Translations under genes and position numbers: made by a program
DNA from: Catajapyx aquilonaris
Taxonomy: Eukaryota
Direction of reading: 5' to 3'
Length of the DNA: 40,046 bases
NCBI GenBank assembly: GCA_000934665.2
Contig: JYFJ02003584.1
Coordinates: forward strand, 1 to 40,046
Notes under the pieces: model-generated
Told to the model about the DNA's origin: nothing
Seen by the model: the letters and a program-made list of their open reading frames with translations, nothing else
Databases searched by the model: none
Shown here: in pieces, positions 22,345-34,795 of the stretch
How the letters are laid out: the number at the start of each line of letters is the position of its first letter
Position numbering within the stretch: position 1 is the first letter of the stretch

Positions 22345-24209
22345 TCATATCAAATGCATCATTTTGGCTACCTTCTTGCAGCAATTGCATGTTACGTAAC
22401 AACAACATGGTCCGGCGATGTAGAGCAAGAGAAAAGCGGCTACCACTGCGTACGCTGCAAACTGAGCAAACCTGGAGGGAAGCCACAGCAATGCGTATGT
22501 CCCATGGCCGTCCCCTGTAATGAGCGCGGCTCCGTACGCCATGTTGGGTACGCCCATCCTGTAGCTGCAGGTCGGAACGATGAACTCGTGCGATCCGACC
22601 CAATGACCCTTGATTTCCTCGAGGTTGAACTCGTATCGGTACGGACGATGCTCCAGGAAGTGCTTGTCCTGCACGGGTTCCCACCAGTCCGGCTCCGGGT
22701 GGCCCACAGGCGGAAGAAGAAAGTGGCGGTACACGTGGAACGACGAATGAGTGTGGGCGGAGAATATCACATGTGGTCGCATCCTGAGAAACTCCTGCAG
22801 GAAACAATAGGCGTTAGATGCGGCACAATCACACGATTTATCAGCAATGAACATCGCTCGCATGTAAATGCGGCTAAATTAGTCGCAATTAAAAAATCTC
22901 ACCCTGTCCATCGCATGCGAGAACGCCGGTGTAAGCGGCATGTGCGTGAACAGGACTCGGTACGCTGCAGTATCGTTAATCTCAGCCGCTTCCCGCCCTG
23001 GGCCTAGTGGAATGAACAGGCGGTCCAGCCAGAAGAAGCGGAAGGACTTGAAGTACGTCTCATGCCCGCCCAACAGCTGCAGTCCGGTGATGTCCGGACC
23101 GGACACGAAGTAGTTCTGGAATTTGTGCACTTTTTCTGCGGTGAACCAGTCGGAACCTTCACCGCCGACGTCGTTATCGCCTGGAACGCCGATCAGTACC
23201 GCATCACTGTCCATCTGGAACACGGTGTTGAACCTGCAAATTATTAACCGTTGAAAGGATAATCGGTGAGTGTCTGCGGATTACAAACCTTCGCTTGTAC
23301 CGCACCATTTCTTCCGGCGTCGCTTTGCTGCCTTCGTCCAAAAGGTCGCCCAGAAACACGACGACATCCGGCTTCACATGCGAAAACGCCTGCGAAAACG
23401 TCATTGCCAGGTAGTTGTCCGCATCTCGTCTCGTCAACCAGCCGATCACGCCCCACGGCTCGTCCGCCTCTCCCAGCATCTGCGGATCCGCAACCAGCAG
23501 GAGCCGGACAGACTTGGAGTCACCGGACGGCAGACCAGGCCACGTCCAGGTGACCAAATAGTAGGACAGGAACTCATTGTGGAAGGCCACCAACAACAGC
23601 AGCAAAAGAAGGTAATGAAGTCTCCTGTGCCTGGAACACACGCGCAATTAGCAATTAATTAAGCTAATTAAACTGACCCCCCCCAAAACCTAGTTATCGA
23701 ACAGGTAATAAAGATACATTAAATGTAATTATACCAGAGGTCAACGAACCTGATTATAGAACCGTTAATAAAGATACATTAAATGTAATTACAGCAGAGG
23801 TCAACGAACCTGGTTATAGAACAGTTAATAAAGATAATTAATTGTAATTATACCAGAGGTCAATGAACCTGGTAATCGAACAGCTAATAAAGATACATTA
23901 AATGTAATTATACCTGGTTACCGAACAGATAAGATACATTAAATGTAATTATACATTATTACACGAGCATGATCATGTACAAGTACTATAATACACTAAA
24001 GCTAATTATATAAATGTGTAATTAAAGGGTTAATTCGAATTAAAAGGTGGGTGAATAAAGTGTTCGATTTCCGTTCCATGCATTTCCTGGCCAGTTTTCT
24101 TCCGATTTTTGTCAACACCTAGGTACGGTTCATGCGGGGATAGGTCCGTCGTGATGTGCCGTACCGTTTGGGTTGGTCTGGGGCCATGTGGGACTCACCG
24201 GCGAACCAT
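22345..24209 (-). CDS. Metallophosphoesterase 1 homolog (MPPE1/Cdc1-like); exons 24209-24199, 23630-23289, 23233-22903, 22794-22345
   Basis: ADPQ, GDLLDEG, PGDNDVGGE, THMPL, SAHTH and VPTCSYRMG motifs; N- and C-terminal TM segments. Confidence 0.9.
23688..23955. repeat. ~60-bp minisatellite, ~4.5 copies, in intron 1 of the MPPE1-like gene
   Basis: Unit AATAAAGATACATTAAATGTAATTATACCAGAGGTCAACGAACCTGGTTATAGAACAGTT. Confidence 0.9.
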
Positions 24210-24641
24210 TTTCGTTCGATTCAGAAGGAAAATTTTTTGATGTCAAGATCCGGCCGCCATCTTGGAAAAACTCAAAAGAGGGGGTTGGCAACACTGAAAC
24301 GGATTTTCCGATAATTATTTCGAATAGATAGCCACGAGACAAACTTATTAAAATTTTTTATTACATATGGTAATTATTCAAATAATTATGTTGTTTAAAT
24401 GGATCTTTTGAGGCGCCACATATGTGAGGAGCTTGACTGGAATGGCGCGAGGTTTGAAATCAGTCCATAACTAGCTGACAATTTATTATAAAGCTCACTT
24501 TAATGAATTGAAGAATACCATTATTATATTACATTAAAAACGTGAAATCTCCGATTATGAAATGGGTCATGGAGAGGTAGAACTACTGCTTATTGAGAAA
24601 ATAACAGTTGTCTGGACGAATCATCAAAATGGCAGCACTTG

Positions 24642-26690
24642 TCAGTTGTTGTAATTGTCCCAAATAAGTTCTTTGATTGGAAATAACAGTTTCTGATGTG
24701 TGTCATTGTCAGCCTTGATGTATCCCCACATGTCCATGGCCTTCCAGCAATTATCCTGGATTGACTTCACCTCCTGGAAGGTCAGGTTGTTTTTCCAGTG
24801 GAAAGCGTTTGAACTGGAGTCTCTGAAGGTGGAGTGGAGGTCACCATGATTGACCTTTGTGTGGGTGTCCAGGAAGTCTGCCACTGACGGATGCATGTAC
24901 AGATCCAAAAACTGGAGCAGGTCGTGCATGGCTTTGTGCGGATCCAAGGAGAGGTCTTCGTATCTGACCACCCTGAAGGAAGAAAGAGGGGGTCAATCAC
25001 TCAGGATGGTAGTCGTGCGATCAGACTGACCTGAACCGATCTTTATATTTGAGCTGCATCGACTTGGCAGCTTCGTAGTCGCTGACAAGGTCATCGCACA
25101 CATGACGAGGGTCGTGGCAGTCAGAATCGAGGAAACACAGCACGTAATGTTTCCTGGATTGCATTGTTCCTCTGGGATCTCTCACCAGGTACACTATCCT
25201 CAGGTTCAAACTATAATGATATGTAATTGTGTTAATGCTGCTCTCCAGGACAATTTTGTTGCGACTTACTCTGGGTCATCCAGCAGTGTCTTGGCATGGG
25301 AAAGAAGAAGTCCAACAACCTTCATTGATTGGAATGGAAACAAGCTGCAGAACTGGTTCGTGTAATCAGGATTGGAGCACAATCTAATGTACCTGTTGCA
25401 TTGTTTCCACAGACGATGGTTGTGCTTAGACGACTGCATTAGATCGTGTACGTAATTCATACCGCTGCCTAAAATTTCAATTTCAATGCCATTCTTAAAT
25501 CAAACACTTCCCTTCAACAATTCATCTCCAAATTTAATATGAGTTTCAAAATAAAATAAAAACTCACATGAACTCACCAGTGTAGTTGCAGATGAGCATT
25601 TGCTTGATTCGTCTGAGAGCCTCTTGAGACTTGGGTCCATCCCTGATGACCTGCATCCCACCCAGACTGGCCAAAGGCTCGTAGTAGTAGAAATTGGCAG
25701 GATGACTGTCCAAAATGTCTCCAAGAAAAGTAGATCCGGATCGCCAGTAGGTGAAAATCACACTTCTGATTGGCTGACCTCCTCTGCTCATCATGAGGTC
25801 ATCCAGTGTTCTGAATGAAGTGTACACGTGTCAGATAATAAATACACAACAAAGTAAATTATATATATCATATACCTTCCTGGAGAAAAAGCATACCCTT
25901 CCAGTTCCTGTCCATTTAGGCGAATCTGGCTCGTTAAAATGTCATTTAACTTTTCGTCAGGGGATGTATTTAATGCTTCCCAATCTTCAGTCTGCAAAAC
26001 GATCATCAGTTGAAGGAATGTGGAAATTAAATGTATTGTATAGCCTCGTTTTAATATTATTATTATAATTTGAGGTGGATAGTGAGAGCAGGTGCCATGT
26101 AATGTTTAATATGGAGGTATATTATTATCGTTCGAATTATTGTAAGTTTCCTAGATTCAGGTTGTCGATTGCTTCTTTGAATTATTTAAAAAAAAAAACA
26201 TTGCGTGCAGTTAATTAGTGATAGATATTTCCAATATCTGAATGAAAATTTGAAACCTCGTTTTCAAGGCTGGTCTTCTTTTCTCGCGGATAATAATATT
26301 CAAAGTCCTCGATGGTCCACTCCTCTTCTTTCAGAGTTGGCGTCATCGTCGACACGGGTAAATAGTTGCAGGCCAAGATCACCACAATCACCAAAGTCAC
26401 CACTAATGAGAGGCAAGCGAAGTACTTCCAGATCACCGAGTTGACACTGCCAAACATATCAGTGACATTGATATGATTATGCCAAGAAAGATTAACCATT
26501 GGAATTGAACCAATATTAATGCATCCTTGATCTTCACCATGACAGAGTTGCATTTTACTGAATGCGTTTGTCCAAAATATTATTAAGGATAATAATAAAT
26601 GGATCATTATATAGTGACTTACTTGATGATTTTGGTGCTGGACTGACACATTTTGGACTGGATCCTTCCGATTATGAGACGTGGAGACAT
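24642..26690 (-). CDS. Golgi carbohydrate sulfotransferase (CHST1/4/5-like), type A copy A1, ~7 coding exons; start uncertain
   Basis: TM anchor, 5'-PSB loop FTYWRSGSTFLG, YYEPL, 3'-PB LVRDPRGTMQSR, VRYEDL, CWKAMDMWGY; splice phases consistent. Confidence 0.88.
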
Positions 26691-27196
26691 CCTTCGTGCT
26701 CTGCATAATATGGAATATATTGTCAGAAATATTGTGCGAGCAATTCCAAGGCTGTATAGGTTATATGGAGCACTTGATCACTAACAACAGCTGGAATGCC
26801 AATTGCAGCAGTTGGTGAATTACACAACTGTAATTGGCTGTCTGGCGGAACTATAATAATAATAATAATCCGTCCCTGAAAATGATCAATGAAAACAGGT
26901 TTATCCGGCTGCAAAAACTGAATATACAAAAAAAAAGTTTCCAACAAATATTTCATTCCGATAATGTACAACACGAGATGAAGGTAAAGTGAATGCTTTT
27001 TCATAATCATTGCGGATGTCCTTCACCTTGATAGCGTGCTGGTGGTTTTGCAGCGTCAAAGTGCTAGTGGCTCCTTCCTTGCTCATCCCGAGGTGAAACC
27101 ATGCCAGATGTTTCATGTCCTCTCAATGATATGCCACGTTCCCTTCTCTTTTATAGCTTCCCAATCTCAGCAGGTTGCGTTCCTCAGTGGTCACTT

Positions 27197-30100
27197 CTAC
27201 TTGTCCCACTTCATTTCAGTGATTGGAGTGAATGATTTCTGATGACTAAGATTGTCAGCCTTGATGTATCCCCACATGTCCATGGCCTTCCAGCAAATAT
27301 CCTGGATAGACTGCACCTCCTGGAAGGTCAGGTCGTTTCTCCAGTGGAAAGCATTCGCCTTGGAGTCTCTGATGGTGGAGCGGAGGTCACCAGAGTTGAC
27401 CTTTGTGTGGGTGTCTAGGAAGTTGGTCACTGACTGATGCATATAGAGACCAAGGAACTGGAACAGGTACGATGTGACATTGTAAGGGTCCAAGGAGAGG
27501 TCTTCGTATCGAACCACCCTGTCAAAGAAGAAGAGTGACAGCATTTTTATCGCGTGGTTGACCTTGTGCGAACGGACTGACCTGAACCGATCTTTGTATT
27601 TAAGCTGCATCGACTTGGCAGCTTCGTAGTCGCTGACCAGGTCATCACAGACACGACGATGGTCGTTGCAGTCAGAATCGAGGAAACATAGAATGTAATG
27701 TTTTCTGGATTGCATTGTTCCTCTGGGATCTCTCACCAGGTACACTATCCTCAGGTTCAAACTATAATGATATGTAATTGTGTAAATGCTGCTCTCGAGG
27801 ACATTGCAACCGCATGTTGTGACTTACTCTGGGTCATCCAGCAGTGTCTTGGCATGGGAAAGAAGAAGTCCAACAACCTTCATTGATTGGAAGGGGAACA
27901 AGCTGCAGAACTGGTTCGTGTAATCAGGATTGGAGCACAATCTAATGTACCTGTCGCATTGTTTCCACAGACGATGGTTGTGCTTAGACGACTGTATTAG
28001 GTCGTGTACGTAATTCATACCGCTGCCTAAAATTTCAATATGTTATGCCATTCTTAAATCAAACACTTCCCTTCAACAATTCATCTCCAAATTTAATACG
28101 AGTTTCAAAAAAAAATCCACACAAACTCACCAGTGTAGTTACATATGAGCATTTGCTTGATTCCTCTGAGAGTCTCTTGAGATTTGGGTCCATCCCTGAT
28201 GACCTGCATCCCACCCAGACTGGCCAAAGGCTCGTAGTAGTAGAAACTGGCAGGGTGGCTGTCCAAAATGTCTCCAAGAAAAGTAGATCCGGATCGCCAG
28301 TAGGTGAAAATCACACTTCTGATTGGCTGACCTCCTCTGCTCATCATGAGGTCATCCAGTGTTCTGAATGAAGTGGACACGTGTCAGATGGCATGTTAGT
28401 TTCTCTAGGTACAAACGACAATAATTACACAATAGAGTAAATTAAAATATATCATATACGAGTACCTTCCTGGAGAAAAAGCATACCCTTCCAGTTCCTC
28501 TCCATTTAGGAGAATCTGGCTCGTTAAAATGTCATTTAACTTCTCGTCAGGTGATGTCTTTATTGCTTCCCAATCTTCAGTCTGCAAAACGATCATCAGT
28601 TGAAGGAATGTGGAAATTTAATGTATTGTCTAGCCTCATTTTAATATAATTATAAGAATTTGAGGTGGATAGTGAGAGCAGACTGCGCCTTTCGAATTCT
28701 TGTAAGTTTCCCATTCAGGTTGTTGATTGCCTCTCCGAATTGTATAGGGATATAGTAAGACCAAACGACCGAAAACAACAATGAAATTTTTCCGATTCTT
28801 TGCCGAAGCATAACTCAAAAACCCTTACAGATAAAGGTTTCACAGTTTGAACACGACACCAGCTCGGCGTGACGGACGGTCCTTTTATTTCCTGTCAGGT
28901 TATAGCGAATTCCTTCGTACAACGCCAGAAAAAAAATCTTATATCGGCAACGATGAAACTCTATAATATTATAGAGACCATTCTGTTGGAGGACCCTTCG
29001 TCCTGGAGGAGCAGCAGGACTGCATGGAATTCCTCTAACATATACACTCTAAGAAATGTCCGGGTTGAATGTATTTATCCCGAAAAAAAAGATCACTTTT
29101 GTCATGGTTATTTAACCCGGACATTTGTTAGAGTGCATACGTGCATACACTGTAAGAAATATCCGGGTTAAATAACCATGACTAAGAAAATGTCCGGGTT
29201 AAATAACCATGACTAAGAAAATGTCCGGGTTAAATAACCATGACTAAGAAATGTCCAGGTTAAATAACCATGACAAAAGTGATCTTTTTTCCGGGATAAA
29301 TACATTTAACCCGGACATTTCTTAGAGTGTATTATAGTAGAGAAATTTCCAATGGGGGACGCACCAGCGCCGAGACCAGTACCATTGTAACTACTGCAAC
29401 GCCAGATGGGAAGGGCCAGAAATAACTCATCGCTATCTACCTCTTGTTGTCCCGAGACAGGAGAGCGTCAAGTTCGACGCCCTGTTCCTACAGAAGGACG
29501 AGGAACTTGCCTGCGTGTCGTGCGCACACAATGGGTACACCACCAGGTCTATCAGTATCAAGCACGTTCATAATATTGCATAATATTATACCTGGTACGG
29601 TATGACGACAAGGGGGTGAAAATCGAGACAGAAGTTGAAGGCCAGATAGGATTGTCGTGGATTCCCAGCAATTCTACTGCAATGCTGCAATTATTATTCA
29701 CAACGGCAAAACATCAAATGGGGGTCATTACACCTCCATTATCAAAGAAGCAGATCAATGGCTACACTTGAATGACTCGTTGGTAGAGCCAGAAGTACAC
29801 TCTTAAAAACCTGGCTTACATATATTCACATATTAGTTAAAATTTTACACATGCCCTTCGTAATGTAGCATTACGATATCCTTTAATAATAATCTAGCTA
29901 GTGAAGCTAGGTCTTACTCATCCCTGTTTTGTTTAATTAATTTCTATCCGCCATAGAGGTCTTACTACCCTTTTTTTTTACAGAATGGAAGGTTTTTGTG
30001 ATACTTATTTAAAAAAAAAAACATTGCGTGTAGTTAATTATAGCGATGGATATTTCCAAGTGACGCGAAAATGACTGAATAAAAACTTGAAACCTCGTTA

Positions 30101-30547
30101 TCAAGGCTGGTCTTCTTTTCTCGCGGATAATAATATTCAAAGTCCTCGACGGTCCACATCCACACCTCTTCTTTCAGAGTTGGCGTCATCGTCGACACGG
30201 GTAAATAGTTGCAGGCCAAGATCACCACAATCACCAAAGTCACCACTAATAAGAGGCAAGCGAAGTACTTCCAAATCACCGAGTTGACACTGCCAAACAT
30301 ATCAGTGACATTAATATGATTATGCCAAGAAAGATTAACCATTGGAATTGAACCAATATTAAAATGCATAATTATTTCCCATCCTTGATCTTCACCCTGA
30401 TCGAGTTGCATTTTACTGAATGCGTTTGTCCAAAATATTATTAAGGATAATAATAAATGGATCATTATTAGTGACTTACTTGATGATTTTGGTGCTGGAC
30501 TGACACATTTTGGACTGGATCCTTCCGATTATGAGACGTGGAGACAT
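27197..30547 (-). CDS. Carbohydrate sulfotransferase A2 (A-type 5' part, B-type last intron and exon); one intron carries a 1.26-kb insertion
   Basis: Same motifs as A1; last exon ends TPITEMKWDK, as in the B copies. Confidence 0.83.
28742..30004 (+). mobile_element. Intronic insertion carrying a decayed ubiquitin-specific protease (peptidase C19)-like coding region
   Basis: Absent from the homologous GAATTATTT site in A1 and A3. Remnants: EEQQDCMEFL (29006-29035), CNYC...CVSC, LVRYDDKGVKI, IHNGKTSNGGHYTSIIKEADQWLHLNDSLV (~29696-29785); stops and frameshifts present. Confidence 0.75.
29045..29329. mobile_element. CMC/EnSpm-like non-autonomous element, copy 2
   Basis: Same TIRs and 30-bp unit as 18957-19502; 2-bp TSD TA. 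Confidence 0.9.
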
Positions 30548-30974
30548 CCTTCGTGCTCTGCATAATATGGAATATATTGTCAGAAATATTGTGCGAGCAA
30601 TATTCCAAGGCTGTATGGAGCACTTGATCACTAACAAAAGCTGGAATGCCAATTGCAGCAGTTGGTGAATTACACAACTGTAATTGGCTGTCTGGCGGAA
30701 CTATAATAATAATAATCCGTCGCTGAAAATGATCAATATAAAACTGGTTTATCCGGCTGCAAAAACTGAATATACAAAAAAAAGAGTTTCGAACAAATAT
30801 TTCATTCCGATAATGTACAACACGTCATGAGATGAAGGTAAAGTGAATGCTTTTTTCATAATCATTGCGGCTGTCCTTCACCTTGATAGAGTGCTGGTGT
30901 TACATAAGGATCAAGAGAAAATTGTCTCAGCCTATAGTTTATGGGGACATATACTAATTATCATTATTAAACAC

Positions 30975-31475
30975 TGATAACCTTCCTGGAGAAAAAGGTC
31001 CTGTCCATTCAGGCGAATCTGGCTCATTAAAACATCAATTAACTTTTCGTCAGGGAACATCTTCATTGCTTCAGCAGGCATGTAATCTTTAGCCTGTAAA
31101 ACGATCATCAGTTGAATGAGAATCGAAATTAAAATAATGTATTTCACAATATTATGAGGTGCACAGTAAAAGCAGGAGTGCTCTTATAGAAGTAGGGTAT
31201 AATAATCAGCCTTTATTGCAAGTGCCCTATGGATTGCTTCTTTGAATTATTATTAAAGATCATAATAAATTGATGATTAGTGACTCACTGAATGATTTTG
31301 GCTCTGCTGGACTGACACAACTTTTTTTGGCTGGATCATTCCTCCTCGGTTACGTGGAGACATGTGGAATAATGTGCGAGTAACACAAGTCTGCGCAGGT
31401 AAATGAGCACCTGTTCATTAGCAAAATCTGGAATGCAATAATATTGTTTCATATTGAGCTTGCAGTTGGTTATAA
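30975..31475 (-). pseudogene. Degenerate 5' remnant of a type A sulfotransferase
   Basis: FPDEKLIDVLMSQIRLNGQ exon homolog plus decayed first-exon sequence; no catalytic exons follow. Confidence 0.75.
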
Positions 31476-32079
31476 TTACTCATATATATACACTGCACGA
31501 GCGGTGCTATTGTGGTCCATTTATGATAAGCATCATTTTGGTTGGGACTGACAGAGCCTCTCTAATGATGATGTGGCTTCCAGTAAGTTCCAATTTATAA
31601 AAATGGTGAAAAAAATATTGGAGTGTAACAAGTAAGCTATTAGACTTTATTAGGAACAATCCTCCGTTAAAATAATAATGCTGCATAAGTGATCAGTCTA
31701 ACTTAAGTTACTGCACTTTAAATTATTCTGAAACACATGTAGGCCTACGCTTAAGAACACGAAAAGCTATACACAGAAGAAAAGGAAATTCTAACAGCCC
31801 AGATGTGAAACAATTACTTATAGGTTAAGTCCGAACTAATTATTGAAAGATGACATGCAATTTACGATGACACCAGAGCTAAATATTTACTTACATAAGA
31901 TTGACCCAAAATAATTCAATTTCAGCTGTAAAAAAACCAAAGTAACCCTTCCACTTCTTTATATGCAAGTACGTGCTTCTTTATAGCGAATCCGCTAAGA
32001 AAAGCACAATTTCAACACAAAAAAATCAGAGCTGCTGCGCTTCTCATTCACAGCAGGTTGTGTTCCTCAGTGGTCATTT

Positions 32080-34085
32080 CTACTTGTCCCACTTCATGTC
32101 AGTGATTGGAGTGAATGATATCTGATGACTCAGATTGTCAGCCTTGATGTATCCCCACATGTCCATGGCCTTCCAGCAACTATCCTGGATAGACTGCACT
32201 TCCTGGAAGGTCAGGTCGTTTCTCCAGTGGAAAGCATTCGCCTTGGAGTCTCTGAAGGTGGAGTAAATGTCACCAGAGTTGACCTTTGTGTGGGTGTCCA
32301 GGAAGTCTGCCACCGACGGATGCATATAGAGACCAAGGAACTGGAACAGGTCCGATGTGACATTGTAAGGGTCCAGGCAGAGATCTTCGTATCGAACCAC
32401 CCTGTTAAAGAAGAAGAGTGACAGTTGGTATTTTCATCACGTGGTTGACCTCGTGCGATCGGACTGACCTGAACCGATCTGTGTATTGGAGAAGCAGAGA
32501 TTTGGCAGCTTCGTAGTCGCTGAGCAGATCATCGCAGACGCGACGATGGTCGTAGCAGTCTGGCTCTGACTGGCACCACCTTAAATGCCTCCTGGACTGC
32601 ATTGTTCCTCTGGGATCCCTCACAAGGTACACGACCCTCAGGTTCAATCTGGAATGTCGACATCATGCACAAGTTCTTGCTGTACCAACTCCATCCAACA
32701 ACTTACTCAGCGTCATCCAGCAGTGTCTTGGCATGAGAAAGACTGAGGCGAACTACCTTCATGGACAGGAAGGGGAAAAGTCTGCAGAACTTAGTCATAT
32801 CATCTGGACTTGTGCACATATCTATGTACTCCTCGCATTGTTTCCACAGACGATTGTTGCGCATTAAGAACTCCCAGCCTTTCTTAAGCTGATGTATTAT
32901 AGTCCCTGGAAAATGTACATAATGTACTTCAGTAGCGGTTGTAGATTTATTCGAGACTCTACATATTTTGTTGATAAATGGAGGTATAGGAGGATAAGAA
33001 AAATTATAAAACAAATGAGACATAATGTACCTGTGTGATTACAGAGAAGGCGTTGCTTCATCAGATGGACAGCCTCTTGAGACATTGGTCCATCATTCCT
33101 GATGACCTTCACGTCCACGAGTTCGACCAAAGGCTCGTAGTAATAGAAACTGGCTGGGTGGCTGTCCAAAATGTCTCCCAGAAAAGTGGAACCTGATCTC
33201 CAGTAGGTGAAAATCAAACTCTTGATCGGATGGCCACCCTCGCTCATCATCAGATCGTGCAGTGTCCTGAATGAAACACACCCTTTGTCGTAGGCTGACG
33301 TGTTTGCCAAATATAAAGCTCGGACACCCAATGTTCATATAATCATATAACGATAGACTCAGGAATTACCCAAGCAATTTGTTTTCATCATTATTAAATA
33401 ATTATTTGCTATTGGATAAGAGTGTAATGTATTTAATAACACAATATTAAATGGCCTTACGATCCAGGAGAATACACGTATCCCTCCAGTTCTTCTTCAT
33501 TCAAACGCTTCTGGGCTATTAAAATCTTATTTAAGTTATCGTCCAGAATTGGCCTGATGAATGAGCCAGCTGCCTGAAGATGACCTTGTTGATGATATTT
33601 AGAGAGGTCACTGGGCATTGGCTGAGGTGCTTGCAGAGTTGGCGCTACCATCGACATGGAGAAATGGTTCCAAGACATCTTCACCAAAATTGTCACTCCG
33701 ACGACTACCAGTAGGCAGACAAAGTTCCGTCTAATCTTCCAGTTGAGTCTGTCGAAGAAAATGGGCGGATATTATTAACCCAAATGCCATAACACTGCAT
33801 ATCAAGTTTCATCCACATTGCGAAACACCGTGGGGAGGGGAAAAAAATCGCGAAAATTTGGAAAAGGGCTGAAAATGAGGTCTTTTTTGGAGAATTATTT
33901 AGGTTAGTGTAAGTGGTCAACACCCACTAAACACATAAGTATATCAGTTGAAGGTTATTTACCTTCATGGCCTTCACCTCAGTGGCATAGTGCTGATATT
34001 TGCAATAGCGACAGGCTATTATCTGTTATCCCCGAAAAGCCTCTTTTGGTTCAACACTAACTGGAAAATTAGTGACTCACCGCAT
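32080..34085 (-). CDS. Carbohydrate sulfotransferase type B copy B1; 5-nt first coding exon (ATGCG, 34085-34081), next exon from 33748
   Basis: MR|LNWKIRRNFVCLLVVVGVTILV TM anchor; FTYWRSGSTFLG; MKVVRLSL; LVRDPRGTMQSRR; VRYEDL. Confidence 0.88.
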
Positions 34086-34795
34086 GATTTTGTCTCCGGG
34101 TATACTAATATGTTATGGGCTGAGCCCCAGGCTATACATACGAGGCATGCAACACGAGTGATCTGGTTGGAATATTGTGCAAACAATAATGCAAAGCTGC
34201 AGGTGGAGTGTGCCTGACCACCAACAAAGGGGGGTTATTATGTAACTGATCAACACCAGCTTTTATTTTGCAGAGAGTGGTTGGCTCACCTGGCAAATGG
34301 AAACACTGTTTGAGCAAAAGGGAAATACTATTGGAACTATAATTCGTGGTTTCATACCTTTCGGCCAGTCCTTCCTTGTTATGCTCTTTGGTTATACTGG
34401 AAGGCTCACCTCTCCACATCTGGATTGAAAATCTCAAAAGGTTCTTGTTTTGATCAGTAGCTGCTCCTTTGGTGTAGTCAGAAAGAGAGACGGGCACAGA
34501 ACACAACGATGGAAGAATGTGGAAATTATTCTCAAAGGTGGTGAAACATTCCGGAAGTGTTTTCCTTCCTCCTCATCTCACCTTATCATATACCGGCTTC
34601 CGTTAGCATGCTGTTGATAGCTAGCCATAAACTCAACCAAGCCGTGATAAGATGGAGCCAGCAACGGAATCCATTTCTCTGGAGGCCATTAGTGGGTTTA
34701 TCCCGCCCCACTGACATTTTTATTCCGATCTAATGTTGAAGTCTCGCCCTATGCCCGTAAATGTTTTATCTGAGGTCACCAATGTCCCTATCTAT

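Noticed and set aside
22354..23662. Long + strand ORFs (217 aa, 130 aa), and similar antisense ORFs at 15570 and 17944
   Set aside because: Antisense shadows of GC-rich coding exons with no independent motifs.
34130..34790. ORF 34132-34506 and neighbouring sequence
   Set aside because: No recognisable motif or supported exon structure; left unassigned.
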